Below, piece after piece: positions 8,101 to 17,651 of a stretch of DNA of 54,460 bases. A program made the position numbers and the translations under genes. Location: the sequence record MW584207.1. The stretch is one strand, 5' to 3'. The notes beneath the pieces were generated by a model that was not told the DNA's origin, did not search any database, and saw nothing but the letters and a program-made list of their open reading frames with translations. Each line of letters begins with the position of its first letter. The stretch's first letter is position 1. The DNA is from Mycobacterium phage prophiGD12-2.

Positions 8101-8282
8101 ACACCGCCACTGTCTGCGGCGGGTGCGGCCGGGTTGTCATGCGTCCCATGGGCGGCGAGGTCTGCCAAAAATGCCGGCAAGGGCAGATGCCGACGCCCTC
8201 TGACGCTTGGGCTCACGCGCTGATGATCATCGTGACCCTGTTCATCGTCGGCATCGTCGCGGTTGAAGCGGGGTGGCTATGA
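8097..8282 (+). CDS. Small zinc-ribbon membrane protein
   Basis: CGGCG...CQKC followed by a hydrophobic C-terminal helix. ATGA overlap. Confidence 0.45.
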   Translation: MNTATVCGGCGRVVMRPMGGEVCQKCRQGQMPTPSDAWAHALMIIVTLFIVGIVAVEAGWL

Positions 8283-8518
8283 GCTACCTGATTGACCAGA
8301 ACGGTGACACCTTCGATGTACGTGTCGTTGGGCTGGAGGACCCATTGGCGACGGCCTACCCCGAGATGTACAGCGGCGAGCCGACCCCGCAATGGGTTGT
8401 TGACGTGACGGGCATTGCCGAGGACCTGGAGCCAATCAAGGTGGTCGACTTCGAACAGGCCTACCGCACATTGCAGGTCATCGGCCGCGTCTACGAGGCA
8501 GGCGGCGGCGGGTCATGA
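8273..8518 (+). CDS. Hypothetical protein
   Basis: Operon context. Confidence 0.4.
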   Translation: MAMSYLIDQNGDTFDVRVVGLEDPLATAYPEMYSGEPTPQWVVDVTGIAEDLEPIKVVDFEQAYRTLQVIGRVYEAGGGGS

Positions 8519-8952
8519 GCGCCAGGTACGGCGTGCGCGAGGTCTTCAACGGGCGCTACCGCGTTGTGAAGCGCTTCGGCAATGGGGACTTCGCCGAGAA
8601 AGGCTCCTACCCCACCAAGGCAATGGCGCAGGGCCGGGCAGCGCAGCTGGAGCAGCGCGCGGCCCGCCGAGACGCGGTGGCCGAGGCGAAGCGCCGCGCG
8701 AAAAACCACTGCGAGTGCCAGGGCGAGTGTGGACATCTGCACTTCGCGTCGCGCACCTGCCAGTGGGGCGAAGGCGAAGACATGGGCGGCGGTATCGGCA
8801 AGGTCGTCCTGGTCGCGGTGCCGCTCGACGGCGACGACACCAATCTGTCGCTGACCAACATCCGCATGCTGTGCCAGCTCTGCAAACAGCATCACGACGC
8901 CGACCGAATCAACGGCGGCGCCGCACTATTCGACATTAAGGAACCGGAATGA
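8515..8952 (+). CDS. Hypothetical Cys/His-rich protein (possible HNH-like)
   Basis: CECQGECGHLH...C...LCQLCKQHHD. Confidence 0.4.
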   Translation: MSARYGVREVFNGRYRVVKRFGNGDFAEKGSYPTKAMAQGRAAQLEQRAARRDAVAEAKRRAKNHCECQGECGHLHFASRTCQWGEGEDMGGGIGKVVLVAVPLDGDDTNLSLTNIRMLCQLCKQHHDADRINGGAALFDIKEPE

Positions 8953-9296
8953 GCAGACGTGGGTATGACCGAGTGCGAGTTTGCGCCGAGAGCGGTTGCC
9001 GCGAGGTATCTATAACCAACTACCAGTACCGACGCGACGTGGAAGAAGCGAGGCGCCGCGAAGCTGGTACTAAGTGGAGGTGCATTCGTCACAGTAAGCC
9101 GGAACAGGTTCTCTCAGCGGACAATCCACGCATCGCCTACGAAGTCACATCCGAAGCACGCCCACATGGCCGCTTCTGGGGTAGCGCAGGCCTTCTGACC
9201 GGGCCCGGCTTCAAGGCGTGGGCGAATGACTTTCCGGCTGGCACTCGCTTGATTGTGACCGCACAGATCGTCATACCGGCCGAGGCCCACGCATGA
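8949..9296 (+). CDS. Hypothetical protein
   Basis: ATGA overlap. Confidence 0.45.
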   Translation: MSRRGYDRVRVCAESGCREVSITNYQYRRDVEEARRREAGTKWRCIRHSKPEQVLSADNPRIAYEVTSEARPHGRFWGSAGLLTGPGFKAWANDFPAGTRLIVTAQIVIPAEAHA

Positions 9297-9526
9297 GCGC
9301 CGTGGTGCGCGCCATCGTCAGCGTCAGCGGCATCCTGCCCACGCAGACCACCGAGGACATTGAGGTACCGCGCGCCAACGGATATCAGATCGACGCAGAC
9401 GGTCGACTCATCCTCTCCACGTCCTCGTGGGGCGGCGAGGTCGTCGCCGTGTTTCAGAAGTGGGACCACTTCATCATCACTCCCGACCGTGGTCCGAATG
9501 GGCGATTCATCAAGAAAGGCAGCTGA
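9293..9526 (+). CDS. Hypothetical protein
   Basis: ATGA overlap. Confidence 0.45.
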   Translation: MSAVVRAIVSVSGILPTQTTEDIEVPRANGYQIDADGRLILSTSSWGGEVVAVFQKWDHFIITPDRGPNGRFIKKGS

Positions 9527-9528
9527 TT

Positions 9529-9882
9529 GTGAGTGACATCGATCCTCGCGAGGCGAAGCTACCCGCCTGGGCGCGTGAGCAATTGGCGAAGGCTCGGATA
9601 GGTCGCGCCGCCGCCGAAGACAGGCTCAACGCCCACCTGGCCACGATCACCAAGTCGCGAATCTGGTACGGCGACTACACCAATCCGATCTACATTGACG
9701 ACAAGGACGGATACCAGACCGTCTACTTCTCCCCCTCAGGAAGTGGCAGCGCGTTCGATCAGATCGGCGTCGCAATCCGCGACGGGGCAATCGAGATTCA
9801 GGGCGGCAACAGCGTTGCCCTTGAATTGCAGTCGTCCAACTTCTTTCGCGTCTATCTCCAGGATTGGAGGCGGTCGAAGTGA
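9529..9882 (+). CDS. Hypothetical protein
   Basis: GTG 9529 lies immediately after the upstream stop. Confidence 0.4.
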   Translation: MSDIDPREAKLPAWAREQLAKARIGRAAAEDRLNAHLATITKSRIWYGDYTNPIYIDDKDGYQTVYFSPSGSGSAFDQIGVAIRDGAIEIQGGNSVALELQSSNFFRVYLQDWRRSK

Positions 9883-10112
9883 GCGATATCGACTGGGAGA
9901 CCGTCGAAGTCGATGACGGATTCAGGGCGGCACACCATGGCGTCTGCGGCAAGTGCGGCGAAGACATCTTCCCTGGCGAGCGTATCCGCCGGGCTGTCGG
10001 CGGTCACTACGAGCATGTCAAGTGCGATATCGATGTCGACGCCGAGGCCGACGCGGCGCTGGTATCGGTGTGCCCGGACTGCAACCTTGAACACGCTGGC
10101 GGGTGCTTCTGA
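9879..10112 (+). CDS. Small zinc-ribbon protein
   Basis: GTG 9879 with SD GGAGG 8 nt upstream. CGKCG...CPDC. Confidence 0.45.
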   Translation: MSDIDWETVEVDDGFRAAHHGVCGKCGEDIFPGERIRRAVGGHYEHVKCDIDVDAEADAALVSVCPDCNLEHAGGCF

Positions 10113-10342
10113 TGACGGCATACGAGGTCTCGGCATTCATCGAGACGAATGAGCATCCCGAGCTGATCAGGCTGCGCATGGCCGATGTGATCGAAGGTGC
10201 CGGGATAAAGCTCGGAGACATCGCCTTGACGCGGGCCAAGGATCAGGCGCCGCCGAATGGCGACCACAATCCGACTCGCAAGACGGACTGCGCGAAGCTG
10301 TGCGGCGCCCCTGGTTGCGCATCGTGGGGATGCCTGTCATGA
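10112..10342 (+). CDS. Hypothetical protein
   Basis: ATGA overlap. Confidence 0.4.
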   Translation: MTAYEVSAFIETNEHPELIRLRMADVIEGAGIKLGDIALTRAKDQAPPNGDHNPTRKTDCAKLCGAPGCASWGCLS

Positions 10343-11385
10343 CCGCCGAAATCGACTGGGACTCGGTGCCGGACGTTGAGCCCGGCCCGGAGCGGGACTA
10401 CTTCGGCGTTTACCGCAACGGCAACAACCAACCGTTGATCATGGCCGAGGACGGCAGCAAGCGCTACCCGTACCAGCGCACCACCAACTTCATTGACCAG
10501 CTGGAGGACGGCGGCGAAGGCCTGCGCATCTGGACCGAACGCCTCACCCTGGCCGGTCTGGTGATGTCACCGGAGCTGCGCAAAGAGCTGATGACGTGGA
10601 TGGGTGAACCGCGCGAGCTGTCCGACATCGCCCGGCGCGCAGCACGGCTGGCGGGCCGCGATGAAAAGCAGGAATGGGGCTCGATGCTCCACCAGATCAC
10701 CGACGCCATCGACAAGGGCGACATGATGCCCCGCCAGTGGTGGAACGAAAACACCAAGCAACTGGAGCCGGTTCCGGTCGCCGAGGTGAACCGCGACGTG
10801 GAGGCCTACCGGATGGCCACGCGCTGCCTCACCCATCACGCAGCCGAGCAGATGCACGTCTTCGACCCCTACCGGGTCGCGGGCACGCCGGACCGAGTAT
10901 CGAGCTACAGCGCCAACGGCAAACGTCAGGGCCGACCGAAGATTGTCGACCTCAAGACGGGCACCCTGCATCCCCGGATGGTGGAGGCACAGCTAGCGAT
11001 GTACTCGCGCAGCCGCCCCTACGACCCGCAGGCCGAGGTGAGGTTGGACGCCGAACCGGTCGACCAGAAGCGCGGCATCGTCATCCACCTGCCAATGAAA
11101 CAAGCCAGGTGCGAACTGTTTTGGGCTGACCTGACGAAGGGGTGGGCCGACTGCAAGGTGGCCCGCGACAAGCATCAGAAGGGCTTGCGCCGCAAGCTGG
11201 AGACCCTGGGGCGACTCATCGAGCTTGGCCCCGATGTGCCGCTCATGGACCGGGTTGGCCTGTGCGCCAACGTCGATGCCCTGCGCGACCTCTGGAAAGA
11301 AGCCGTCGAGCGCGGCGAGTTAACCGAAGACCTCAAGGCGGCATGCCTTGAACGCCAACAGCTGTTGGCACCAACCAGTAAGTAA
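10339..11385 (+). CDS. PD-(D/E)xK exonuclease (Cas4/RecB/YqaJ-like)
   Basis: D...IVDLKTG core motif. ATGA overlap at 10339. 348 aa. Confidence 0.55.
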   Translation: MTAEIDWDSVPDVEPGPERDYFGVYRNGNNQPLIMAEDGSKRYPYQRTTNFIDQLEDGGEGLRIWTERLTLAGLVMSPELRKELMTWMGEPRELSDIARRAARLAGRDEKQEWGSMLHQITDAIDKGDMMPRQWWNENTKQLEPVPVAEVNRDVEAYRMATRCLTHHAAEQMHVFDPYRVAGTPDRVSSYSANGKRQGRPKIVDLKTGTLHPRMVEAQLAMYSRSRPYDPQAEVRLDAEPVDQKRGIVIHLPMKQARCELFWADLTKGWADCKVARDKHQKGLRRKLETLGRLIELGPDVPLMDRVGLCANVDALRDLWKEAVERGELTEDLKAACLERQQLLAPTSK

Positions 11386-11403
11386 CAGAAGGGAATACGC
11401 AAC

Positions 11404-11835
11404 ATGACTGCATGGGAAAACATCGACGTTCCACAGGGGGCGTTTGTCGGATGGGGTGACGCCAAGGGTCAGCACGTGACCGGCAAGGTGCTGGAGTACG
11501 CCGAGCGCGGCGGCACCGACTTCAACGGCGGCACTTGCCCGCTACTGACGGTCGAACTCACCGAGGCTGCCGCCTCATTCAACAAGGCGGGACAGCGCAC
11601 CGACTTCCCCGCCGGGGATCTGGTCAACATCACCTGCGGACAGGTGTCGCTCAAGCGTGCCGTCAAGGCGGCGGCACTCGAAGCCGGTGACCTGGTGAAG
11701 ATCACGCTGGAGGACTTCACCAAGACACAGAACGGCACCGTGAAGGTGTTCGGCATCAAGGTGGCACGCGGTGCCGGTGGGCCGGTCGCGGCGGCGCAGA
11801 CCTCGGCACCCGCCGACGATCTTCCGCCGTTTTAG
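11404..11835 (+). CDS. Hypothetical protein
   Basis: Good coding context after the exonuclease. Confidence 0.45.
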   Translation: MTAWENIDVPQGAFVGWGDAKGQHVTGKVLEYAERGGTDFNGGTCPLLTVELTEAAASFNKAGQRTDFPAGDLVNITCGQVSLKRAVKAAALEAGDLVKITLEDFTKTQNGTVKVFGIKVARGAGGPVAAAQTSAPADDLPPF

Positions 11836-11935
11836 GCCCGTCCCCACCATCCCCGTCAAGTAAGGCGGCGGCTGGCGGCGGGTGTCCCCTTGCCCCGCCG
11901 CCAGCCGTCCAGAAACCACCAGAGAGGCAACCGCA

Positions 11936-13132
11936 GTGAATCGCATCCCCGGCCACAACCTGTTGAGCTTCGCCAGCCAGATCGATGACAACACCATCGA
12001 GCAGGCCAAGGAAACGGCATCCATGCCGTTCATCCACCCGCACGTTGCACTGATGCCGGACGCGCACAGCGGCAAGGGCTCGGCGGTCGGCACCGTCATC
12101 CCCACAGTCGGCGCTGTCATCCCGGCGGCGGTCGGTGTAGACATCGGGTGCGGCATGATCGCGGTGCGCACCGCCTACGTCGGTGCCCATATCGACGGCC
12201 GGGACTTGTCGAAGCTGCGCGCCTCGGTGGAGTCGGCCATCCCGCTATCCCCAGGCAACTACAACCGGAGCCTGGACCGGTTCGACTTCACTGCCGAGAA
12301 GATCGCCTCTCTTGAGCGCATGGCCAAGTACGCCGTTGATCTGTCGCACTCGCCGAAGTGGCGCGAGCAGCTGGGCAGCCTCGGCGGCGGCAACCATTTC
12401 ATCGAACTGTGCGTCGACAACTACGAGCGGGTGTGGCTATTCCTGCATTCCGGTTCGCGCGGTGTCGGCAACAAGATCGCCCAGAAGCACATTCGTGTTG
12501 CGCAGGACTTGTGCCGCCGCTACTGGATTGATCTGCCGAACCGTGACCTCGCCTACCTTGCCGAGGACACCGACGAATTCAACTCGTACATCAAGGAATT
12601 GGCGTGGGCGCAGCGTTTCGCCTACCTAAATCGTGCCGAAATGCTGGACCGTTTCCTGCGGGCATTCGCGCACTGGATGGGCGCCGACCCGACCAATGCC
12701 GACGAGGTGGCCAGTATCGAGGTCGAGCGCATCAACTGCCACCACAACTACACCGCACGGCAGAAGATCGGGAACGTCGATGTGTGGCTGACCCGCAAGG
12801 GCGCTATCGACGCCAATGAGGGTGTTATGGGCGTCATCCCCGGCTCGATGGGCACCCGCTCGTATGTGGTGCGCGGCAAGGGCAACCCGGCAGGCCTGTA
12901 TTCGGCCCCGCATGGCGCCGGACGCCGCTTCTCGCGCACCAAGGCCCGCGAACTGTTCACCGCCGACGACTTGGCCAAGGCCATGGCCGGTATCGAGTAC
13001 CGCCACGGTGAGGCGTGGATCGATGAGATTCCGCAGGCATACAAGGACATTGACGTTGTGATGGATGACGCCGCCGAGCTGGTTGAGGTCGTCGCCGAGC
13101 TGCGCCAGGTCATGAACGTGAAGGGACAGTGA
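11936..13132 (+). CDS. rtcB: RtcB-family RNA ligase
   Basis: Hallmark MPDAHSGKGSAVG (RtcB MPDxHxGxG). GTG 11936 with SD GAGAGG 8 nt upstream. The N terminus aligns with E. coli RtcB. Confidence 0.75.
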   Translation: MNRIPGHNLLSFASQIDDNTIEQAKETASMPFIHPHVALMPDAHSGKGSAVGTVIPTVGAVIPAAVGVDIGCGMIAVRTAYVGAHIDGRDLSKLRASVESAIPLSPGNYNRSLDRFDFTAEKIASLERMAKYAVDLSHSPKWREQLGSLGGGNHFIELCVDNYERVWLFLHSGSRGVGNKIAQKHIRVAQDLCRRYWIDLPNRDLAYLAEDTDEFNSYIKELAWAQRFAYLNRAEMLDRFLRAFAHWMGADPTNADEVASIEVERINCHHNYTARQKIGNVDVWLTRKGAIDANEGVMGVIPGSMGTRSYVVRGKGNPAGLYSAPHGAGRRFSRTKARELFTADDLAKAMAGIEYRHGEAWIDEIPQAYKDIDVVMDDAAELVEVVAELRQVMNVKGQ

Positions 13133-13134
13133 CC

Positions 13135-13407
13135 ATGGCGCAGCACGAGATGCGCGACCCGTCCGAGAATCGGTGCGTCGCCCGCAAGATAGATGGCGCC
13201 TTCTACCGGGTGTCGTGGAACGGCTCACCCGGCGGTGATGTGATCCTCCCCGAGGGCGCGTTGGGTGTCGTGCGGTCGCCTGTGTCCCACCACAACGACC
13301 GCGTGGCCACCATCGACCGCCCCGTGGTGCGCGTCACGCCACTGGGCCGTGCGTGGCGTATCGGCTACAACATCGACGGCAGGTTTCACGTCGAGGCCAT
13401 CGCATGA
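13135..13407 (+). CDS. Hypothetical protein
   Basis: SD AAGGGA 8 nt upstream of ATG 13135. Confidence 0.45.
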   Translation: MAQHEMRDPSENRCVARKIDGAFYRVSWNGSPGGDVILPEGALGVVRSPVSHHNDRVATIDRPVVRVTPLGRAWRIGYNIDGRFHVEAIA

Positions 13408-14108
13408 GGCTTTTCAGCACATGCCGCTCATGCGGTGAGGCCATGTTGGTCACCAGCATTGACGACACGGTGCATCCGACATGCGATCCGAAGCCGACCG
13501 CCGTCGACATTCAGTGCGCCGCGTTCCTGGCCGCTGTGCAGGCCGGTGACGACGCTCGCGCCGACGAGCTGGCCGCGACCATCGACGCCGCCGAACGGCC
13601 CACCCTGCGCGGCTCAGCCCTGTACTACAGCCAGTCCCTCGGCTGGCCGGTGTTCCCGCTCAAGGCCGGGAGCAAGGAACCGGCCACGCTCAAGGGATTC
13701 AAGGACGCCACCACGAACCGGCGCCGCATCGAAACCTGGTGGAACGGCAACCCCAACTACAACATTGGGCTACCCACGGGGCACGCATTCGATGTCATCG
13801 ATGTCGACCCCGCTCACGGTGGCTGGCAATCGCTTGCGCAGCTAGACGAAAGCGATGTGCTGCCCGACATCCACGGACGCGTGGCCACGGCGGGCGGTGA
13901 CGACCGGCTATGCGGTGTGCACTTATACATCGCGCCGACCGGCGACAAGAACGGCACCAACCTCATGCCTGGAATCGATTATCGAGGATTCGGTGGATAC
14001 GTAGTGGGTGCACCCTCACGGCTTCCGGGTGGGCGCAGCTGGTCATGGTCATCGCCACCTTCACCACGCGTTAGACGCGGCGCAATGCACCAGGAACTAG
14101 CGGGATGA
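13404..14108 (+). CDS. Primase-polymerase (Prim-Pol, bifunctional primase N-terminal domain)
   Basis: YYSQSLGWPVFPL..GSKEP...GFKDATT...I..WW...NIGLPTG...DVIDVD...DYRGFGGYVVGAPS. Confidence 0.65.
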   Translation: MRLFSTCRSCGEAMLVTSIDDTVHPTCDPKPTAVDIQCAAFLAAVQAGDDARADELAATIDAAERPTLRGSALYYSQSLGWPVFPLKAGSKEPATLKGFKDATTNRRRIETWWNGNPNYNIGLPTGHAFDVIDVDPAHGGWQSLAQLDESDVLPDIHGRVATAGGDDRLCGVHLYIAPTGDKNGTNLMPGIDYRGFGGYVVGAPSRLPGGRSWSWSSPPSPRVRRGAMHQELAG

Positions 14109-14109
14109 A

Positions 14110-14274
14110 ACTACTCGGCTTGGTGCAATGCGAGCGCGATCTCGGCGACAGCTTTCGACAAGTAGTGCACTGCCTGCGCAAGATCCCGCGTGGCCTGGTC
14201 CTTGGCGCTGTTTCGTGCCAGTGCCGCGTAATTGGCCGCGCTCGTGGCGTGACTTTTCCCAGTTGCAAAGCCCA
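14110..14274 (-). CDS. Small Ala-rich helical protein (54 aa), antisense-oriented between the two primase ORFs
   Basis: ATG 14274 with SD GAGGGAG 7 nt upstream. Not in the ORF track because it is under 60 aa. Confidence 0.35.
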
Positions 14275-14331
14275 TAGCGGGACTCCCTCGTCTCGTTTGA
14301 GTGAAACAAAAATACGGAACGAGGCCAGTTC

Positions 14332-16023
14332 GTGACAGGGGAAGAGCCAGAGTCGTTTAGCGCGAGGCTCGTTCGCGCCGGAATTGTGCAATCCAAGCCG
14401 GAGCGCCGCCCGGTGCCCCGCACTGCGTCCACAGCCCGCGACACCGCGCCCTACTACCGGGCGGCTCTTGAGAAGGAGATGGTGGAGATGGCCTCCACTG
14501 GGGAAGGCAGGCGCAACGACCAGCTGAACATTTCGGCGTTCAACCTCGGCCAGCTCGTGCCACACGGGCTTGACGAACTCGAGGTAATCGACTCGTTGAC
14601 GGCGGCGGCGCGGTCGACGGCGGGCACACCGATGACGGACCGCGAGATTGAGCGCACCATCCGCAGCGGCTTGGAGTCCGGTAAGCAGCAGCCCCGGTAC
14701 GCCGAGAACGCCAGCTATGCGATGACGGCGGCGGCGCCGATCGACGTGCCGCCTCCGACTGAACCACCGCGGATTGACGTACGCGACTATGAGGGCGACT
14801 TCTGGCAGTCACGCACGTCGCTGAGCACGGTGTATACCGCTGCCCTTGCCGGCATGTGTTCACCGTGGGCGGTGCTGGCCTGCTGTGCGGCACGGGCTCT
14901 GGCGCTGGTCGATCCGCACATCAAGCTGCCCGCAATCATCGGTTCCCGTGGCGGCTCGCTGAACTGGTTCGCGATGCTGGCCGCTGAATCCGGCGGCGGC
15001 AAGTCGACGGCGATGGAAATCGCCGAAGAGCTGATACCGATGGCTATCAAGACGCTGAACTTGGGCAGCGGCGAAGGCCTTATCGAGGCCTTCGGCGAGC
15101 GCAACGACGACGGCACGGTCAAGGACCCGGTGGCGGGTCACCGCTCGATTCTGTTCTCTGTCGATGAGATTGACTCGTATTCGGCGGTGGCCGGGCGCAG
15201 CGGTTCGACAGTGATGCCAATCCTGCGGTCGGCGTTCACGGGCGGCTCGCTGGGCTTCGCGTACCGGAAAGGCAATCGGCTGCCGGTGCTTCCGGCGCAC
15301 TCGTATCGGATGACGCTGGTGTGCGCCGCCCAGCCGGGCCGGACGCGCGCCATGTTCGCCGACGCCGATGGCGGGACACCGCAGCGGTTTATGTGGTTCC
15401 CGGCGACCGATCCTCGGATCGCGGCGGTGCGGCCCACATTCAACGGCGCCCTGTATCTGCCTCCGGTGACCGATTGGCAGTATCCGGCCACCCTGCGGGT
15501 GCCATCGGAGTGCGAGGGCCTGATTGTGACCACTCGGGCCTCCCAGGCGCGCGGTGAGACAGCGGCACTCAATTCGCATGCCCTATTCGCCCGCGAGAAG
15601 TTCGCCTACGCCTTGGCCATCCTGGACGGCCGGTCGGCGATGGATTCGGAGGACTGGCGCCTGTCCGGGGTCGCGGCGGCAGTGTCCGACGCGGTGCGCC
15701 AATGGGTGCTCGATCAGCTGGCGGCTTCCGAAGCCGAAGAGGCGCGCCAGAAAGGGCGCCTGCAAGGTGTGGCCAAGTCGGCGGCTGACGCCGAGAGGAC
15801 GTTGCAAGACGCCGAGTCGCTGGCACGGGCGGAAGCCTTCGTCCGCGAGAAACTGGCCGACGCCGGTATGCGCGGTATGACGTTGCGCGAACTTCAACGG
15901 GCCGGTGGCAGAGCGGTACGCCACCTGTGCGCGGTCACCTTGACCCGCTTGCAGACCGAGGGTGCTGTCGCTCAAGTCATCGACGGTAGGTCAACGCGCT
16001 GGACCTGGGCCGGTGAGCCGTGA
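14332..16023 (+). CDS. Primase C-terminal (PriCT-like) domain plus P-loop NTPase (SF3/D5-like helicase)
   Basis: GEGRRNDQLNISAFNLGQL PriCT-like motif. Walker A AESGGGKST. Walker B ILFSVDEID. Confidence 0.6.
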   Translation: MTGEEPESFSARLVRAGIVQSKPERRPVPRTASTARDTAPYYRAALEKEMVEMASTGEGRRNDQLNISAFNLGQLVPHGLDELEVIDSLTAAARSTAGTPMTDREIERTIRSGLESGKQQPRYAENASYAMTAAAPIDVPPPTEPPRIDVRDYEGDFWQSRTSLSTVYTAALAGMCSPWAVLACCAARALALVDPHIKLPAIIGSRGGSLNWFAMLAAESGGGKSTAMEIAEELIPMAIKTLNLGSGEGLIEAFGERNDDGTVKDPVAGHRSILFSVDEIDSYSAVAGRSGSTVMPILRSAFTGGSLGFAYRKGNRLPVLPAHSYRMTLVCAAQPGRTRAMFADADGGTPQRFMWFPATDPRIAAVRPTFNGALYLPPVTDWQYPATLRVPSECEGLIVTTRASQARGETAALNSHALFAREKFAYALAILDGRSAMDSEDWRLSGVAAAVSDAVRQWVLDQLAASEAEEARQKGRLQGVAKSAADAERTLQDAESLARAEAFVREKLADAGMRGMTLRELQRAGGRAVRHLCAVTLTRLQTEGAVAQVIDGRSTRWTWAGEP

Positions 16024-16040
16024 GAACCGTTCTAGCAAAT

Positions 16041-16260
16041 GTGTCGGCCACTGTCGGCTGGCCGACACACGGGTCTAAGTGTCGGCTAGCCGGTGGCCGA
16101 CACTGGCCGACACTCAGAAATGCAAAAACATGCCTTTACCAGTACCTATATATACATATGCATATGAGACGGATACACGTACGAGGGCCGACGCCCCAGG
16201 TCGCGAAGCGTCGGCCACAAAACAACTGTCGGCTGGCCGACACTGGCCGACACTTCGGCA
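16041..16260. repeat. Iteron-like repeats (TGTCGGCTGGCCGACAC and GGCCGACACTGGCCGACACT) flanking an AT-rich patch. Candidate origin of replication.
   Basis: CTGTCGGCTGGCCGACAC occurs at 16051-16068 and 16226-16243. TGGCCGACACTGGCCGACACT occurs at 16094-16114 and 16233-16253. The AT-rich patch is 16141-16180. Confidence 0.5.
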
Positions 16261-16302
16261 CCCCCGGCTAATCAGTTAACAACCACCATCGAAGGGATTG
16301 AC

Positions 16303-16746
16303 ATGACCACCCCGACCAAGAGGTCTCGCCGGAACCACCGCAGCGCCAAGAAAGCGGGCACCCGTTTTGAGCGCAGTGTGGCCGACTATCTGGCCGCGAC
16401 ACTGGACGACCGCATTGACCGGCGAGTGAAGGCCGGAAACAAGGACTGCGGCGACATCGGTGGTGTGCGCCGCTCCCCCTGTGGCTCGCGCATCGTCATC
16501 GAATGCAAAGACACATCCAAGATCGCACTGGCGCAGTGGGTGCGCGAAGCGGCCACAGAAGCGGCCAATGATGGAGCTCTGATGGGCGCTGTCGTCCACA
16601 AGCGAGTAGGTGTGGGTGATCCTGCCCAACAGTGGGTGACGATGACCCTGGCCGATCTGGTGACGATCCTAAGCGGCCAGCGCCCGAGCCCCCATGTGGC
16701 TCGCACCGAGGACAAGGCCCCGGCAGCCGCCGAGGTGTCAGCATGA
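16303..16746 (+). CDS. PD-(D/E)xK nuclease (possible Holliday junction resolvase)
   Basis: GTRFERSVADYL...DIGGV...IVIECKD motif. SD GAAGGGA upstream. Confidence 0.45.
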   Translation: MTTPTKRSRRNHRSAKKAGTRFERSVADYLAATLDDRIDRRVKAGNKDCGDIGGVRRSPCGSRIVIECKDTSKIALAQWVREAATEAANDGALMGAVVHKRVGVGDPAQQWVTMTLADLVTILSGQRPSPHVARTEDKAPAAAEVSA

Positions 16747-17240
16747 GCGCGATCACGTGGGACAGCAGCGCCGGATTCCTTAAGGGCACCGTAGAAGGAC
16801 AGTGGCGGTACGGCGTCGTTGGCGGTTCCGTCTTGTTCAAGGAGGATGTCGGCGACTGGTGTTGCATCGGGCTGGAGTCTGACGGTCAGACGCTCGCCGA
16901 GGCGCACTGGGCTGGCCTGCAAAACCGAAGAGTGGCCGATGCGATCACCACCATTCGCGACGCCTCGGCGCTACTCGCCGCATCATCGGGCCCCATACGG
17001 CTCGAATCTGACGAAGCGGCCAAGCTGTACGCCGCGATCGACGCCCTACCGCCGTCGCCCGTCGCCCCGCCACCCACGCGTCGCACGCTGTGGATCAACG
17101 GCGTCGTCCTGACCGGTGAAGTCCGATCGATCAGCACCCACACCCACGGCGACGGAACACAATCCATCGAGTTCAGTTTCAGGCCGGACAGCGCTGATGA
17201 CACCGTGCGGGTCATCGAATCCATGCGAGTCGACCGATGA
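16743..17240 (+). CDS. Hypothetical protein
   Basis: ATGA overlap at 16743. Confidence 0.45.
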   Translation: MSAITWDSSAGFLKGTVEGQWRYGVVGGSVLFKEDVGDWCCIGLESDGQTLAEAHWAGLQNRRVADAITTIRDASALLAASSGPIRLESDEAAKLYAAIDALPPSPVAPPPTRRTLWINGVVLTGEVRSISTHTHGDGTQSIEFSFRPDSADDTVRVIESMRVDR

Positions 17241-17650
17241 AGGTCTACATCGTCACCACCGGCAGCTATTCGGACTACCAGATTCAACGGGTGCTCACCG
17301 ACAAGGAACGGGCCGAAAAACTTGCCGCCGCATGGAATAGCACCGCCTATTGCGGCAGTGATGCCCAGGTCACCGAGTGGGAGACAGACGAGCAGACAGA
17401 CACCCTGGCACGCCAGTGGGTGCAGGGCGAGAGCGAACTCAACTGCTACGAATGGACTCCCGTTGGCGGCTTTGATCAGGTCTACGACATCGACGGCTGG
17501 GCATATAAAGGCGCCCACCCCGGCAAGGCCACCGTGGTCGAAGCCACCGACCGATTCGTCAAGGTGATCGGAACCGACGAAATGGCCGTCCGGAAAACCA
17601 TCTACGACACCGTGACACAGATCCGAGCACGAGCCGAAGGGATTGCATGA
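17237..17650 (+). CDS. Hypothetical protein
   Basis: ATGA overlap. Confidence 0.45.
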   Translation: MKVYIVTTGSYSDYQIQRVLTDKERAEKLAAAWNSTAYCGSDAQVTEWETDEQTDTLARQWVQGESELNCYEWTPVGGFDQVYDIDGWAYKGAHPGKATVVEATDRFVKVIGTDEMAVRKTIYDTVTQIRARAEGIA

Positions 17651-17651
17651 C

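Noticed and set aside
14105-14335. Plus-strand ORF spanning the primase gap
   Set aside because: It is antisense to a minus-strand ORF with a strong SD, has no RBS and a non-protein-like sequence. The minus-strand 54-aa ORF is preferred.
16041-16260. Possible CRISPR array, given the repeated GGCCGACAC motifs
   Set aside because: Repeats are palindromic, irregularly spaced, and in both orientations without unique spacers, and there are no cas genes. This is iteron-like, not CRISPR.
16020-16279. ORFs 16020..16271 and 16079..16279 inside the iteron region
   Set aside because: They lie entirely in repeat and AT-rich non-coding DNA, have no RBS and odd composition, and are better explained as an ori or operator region.
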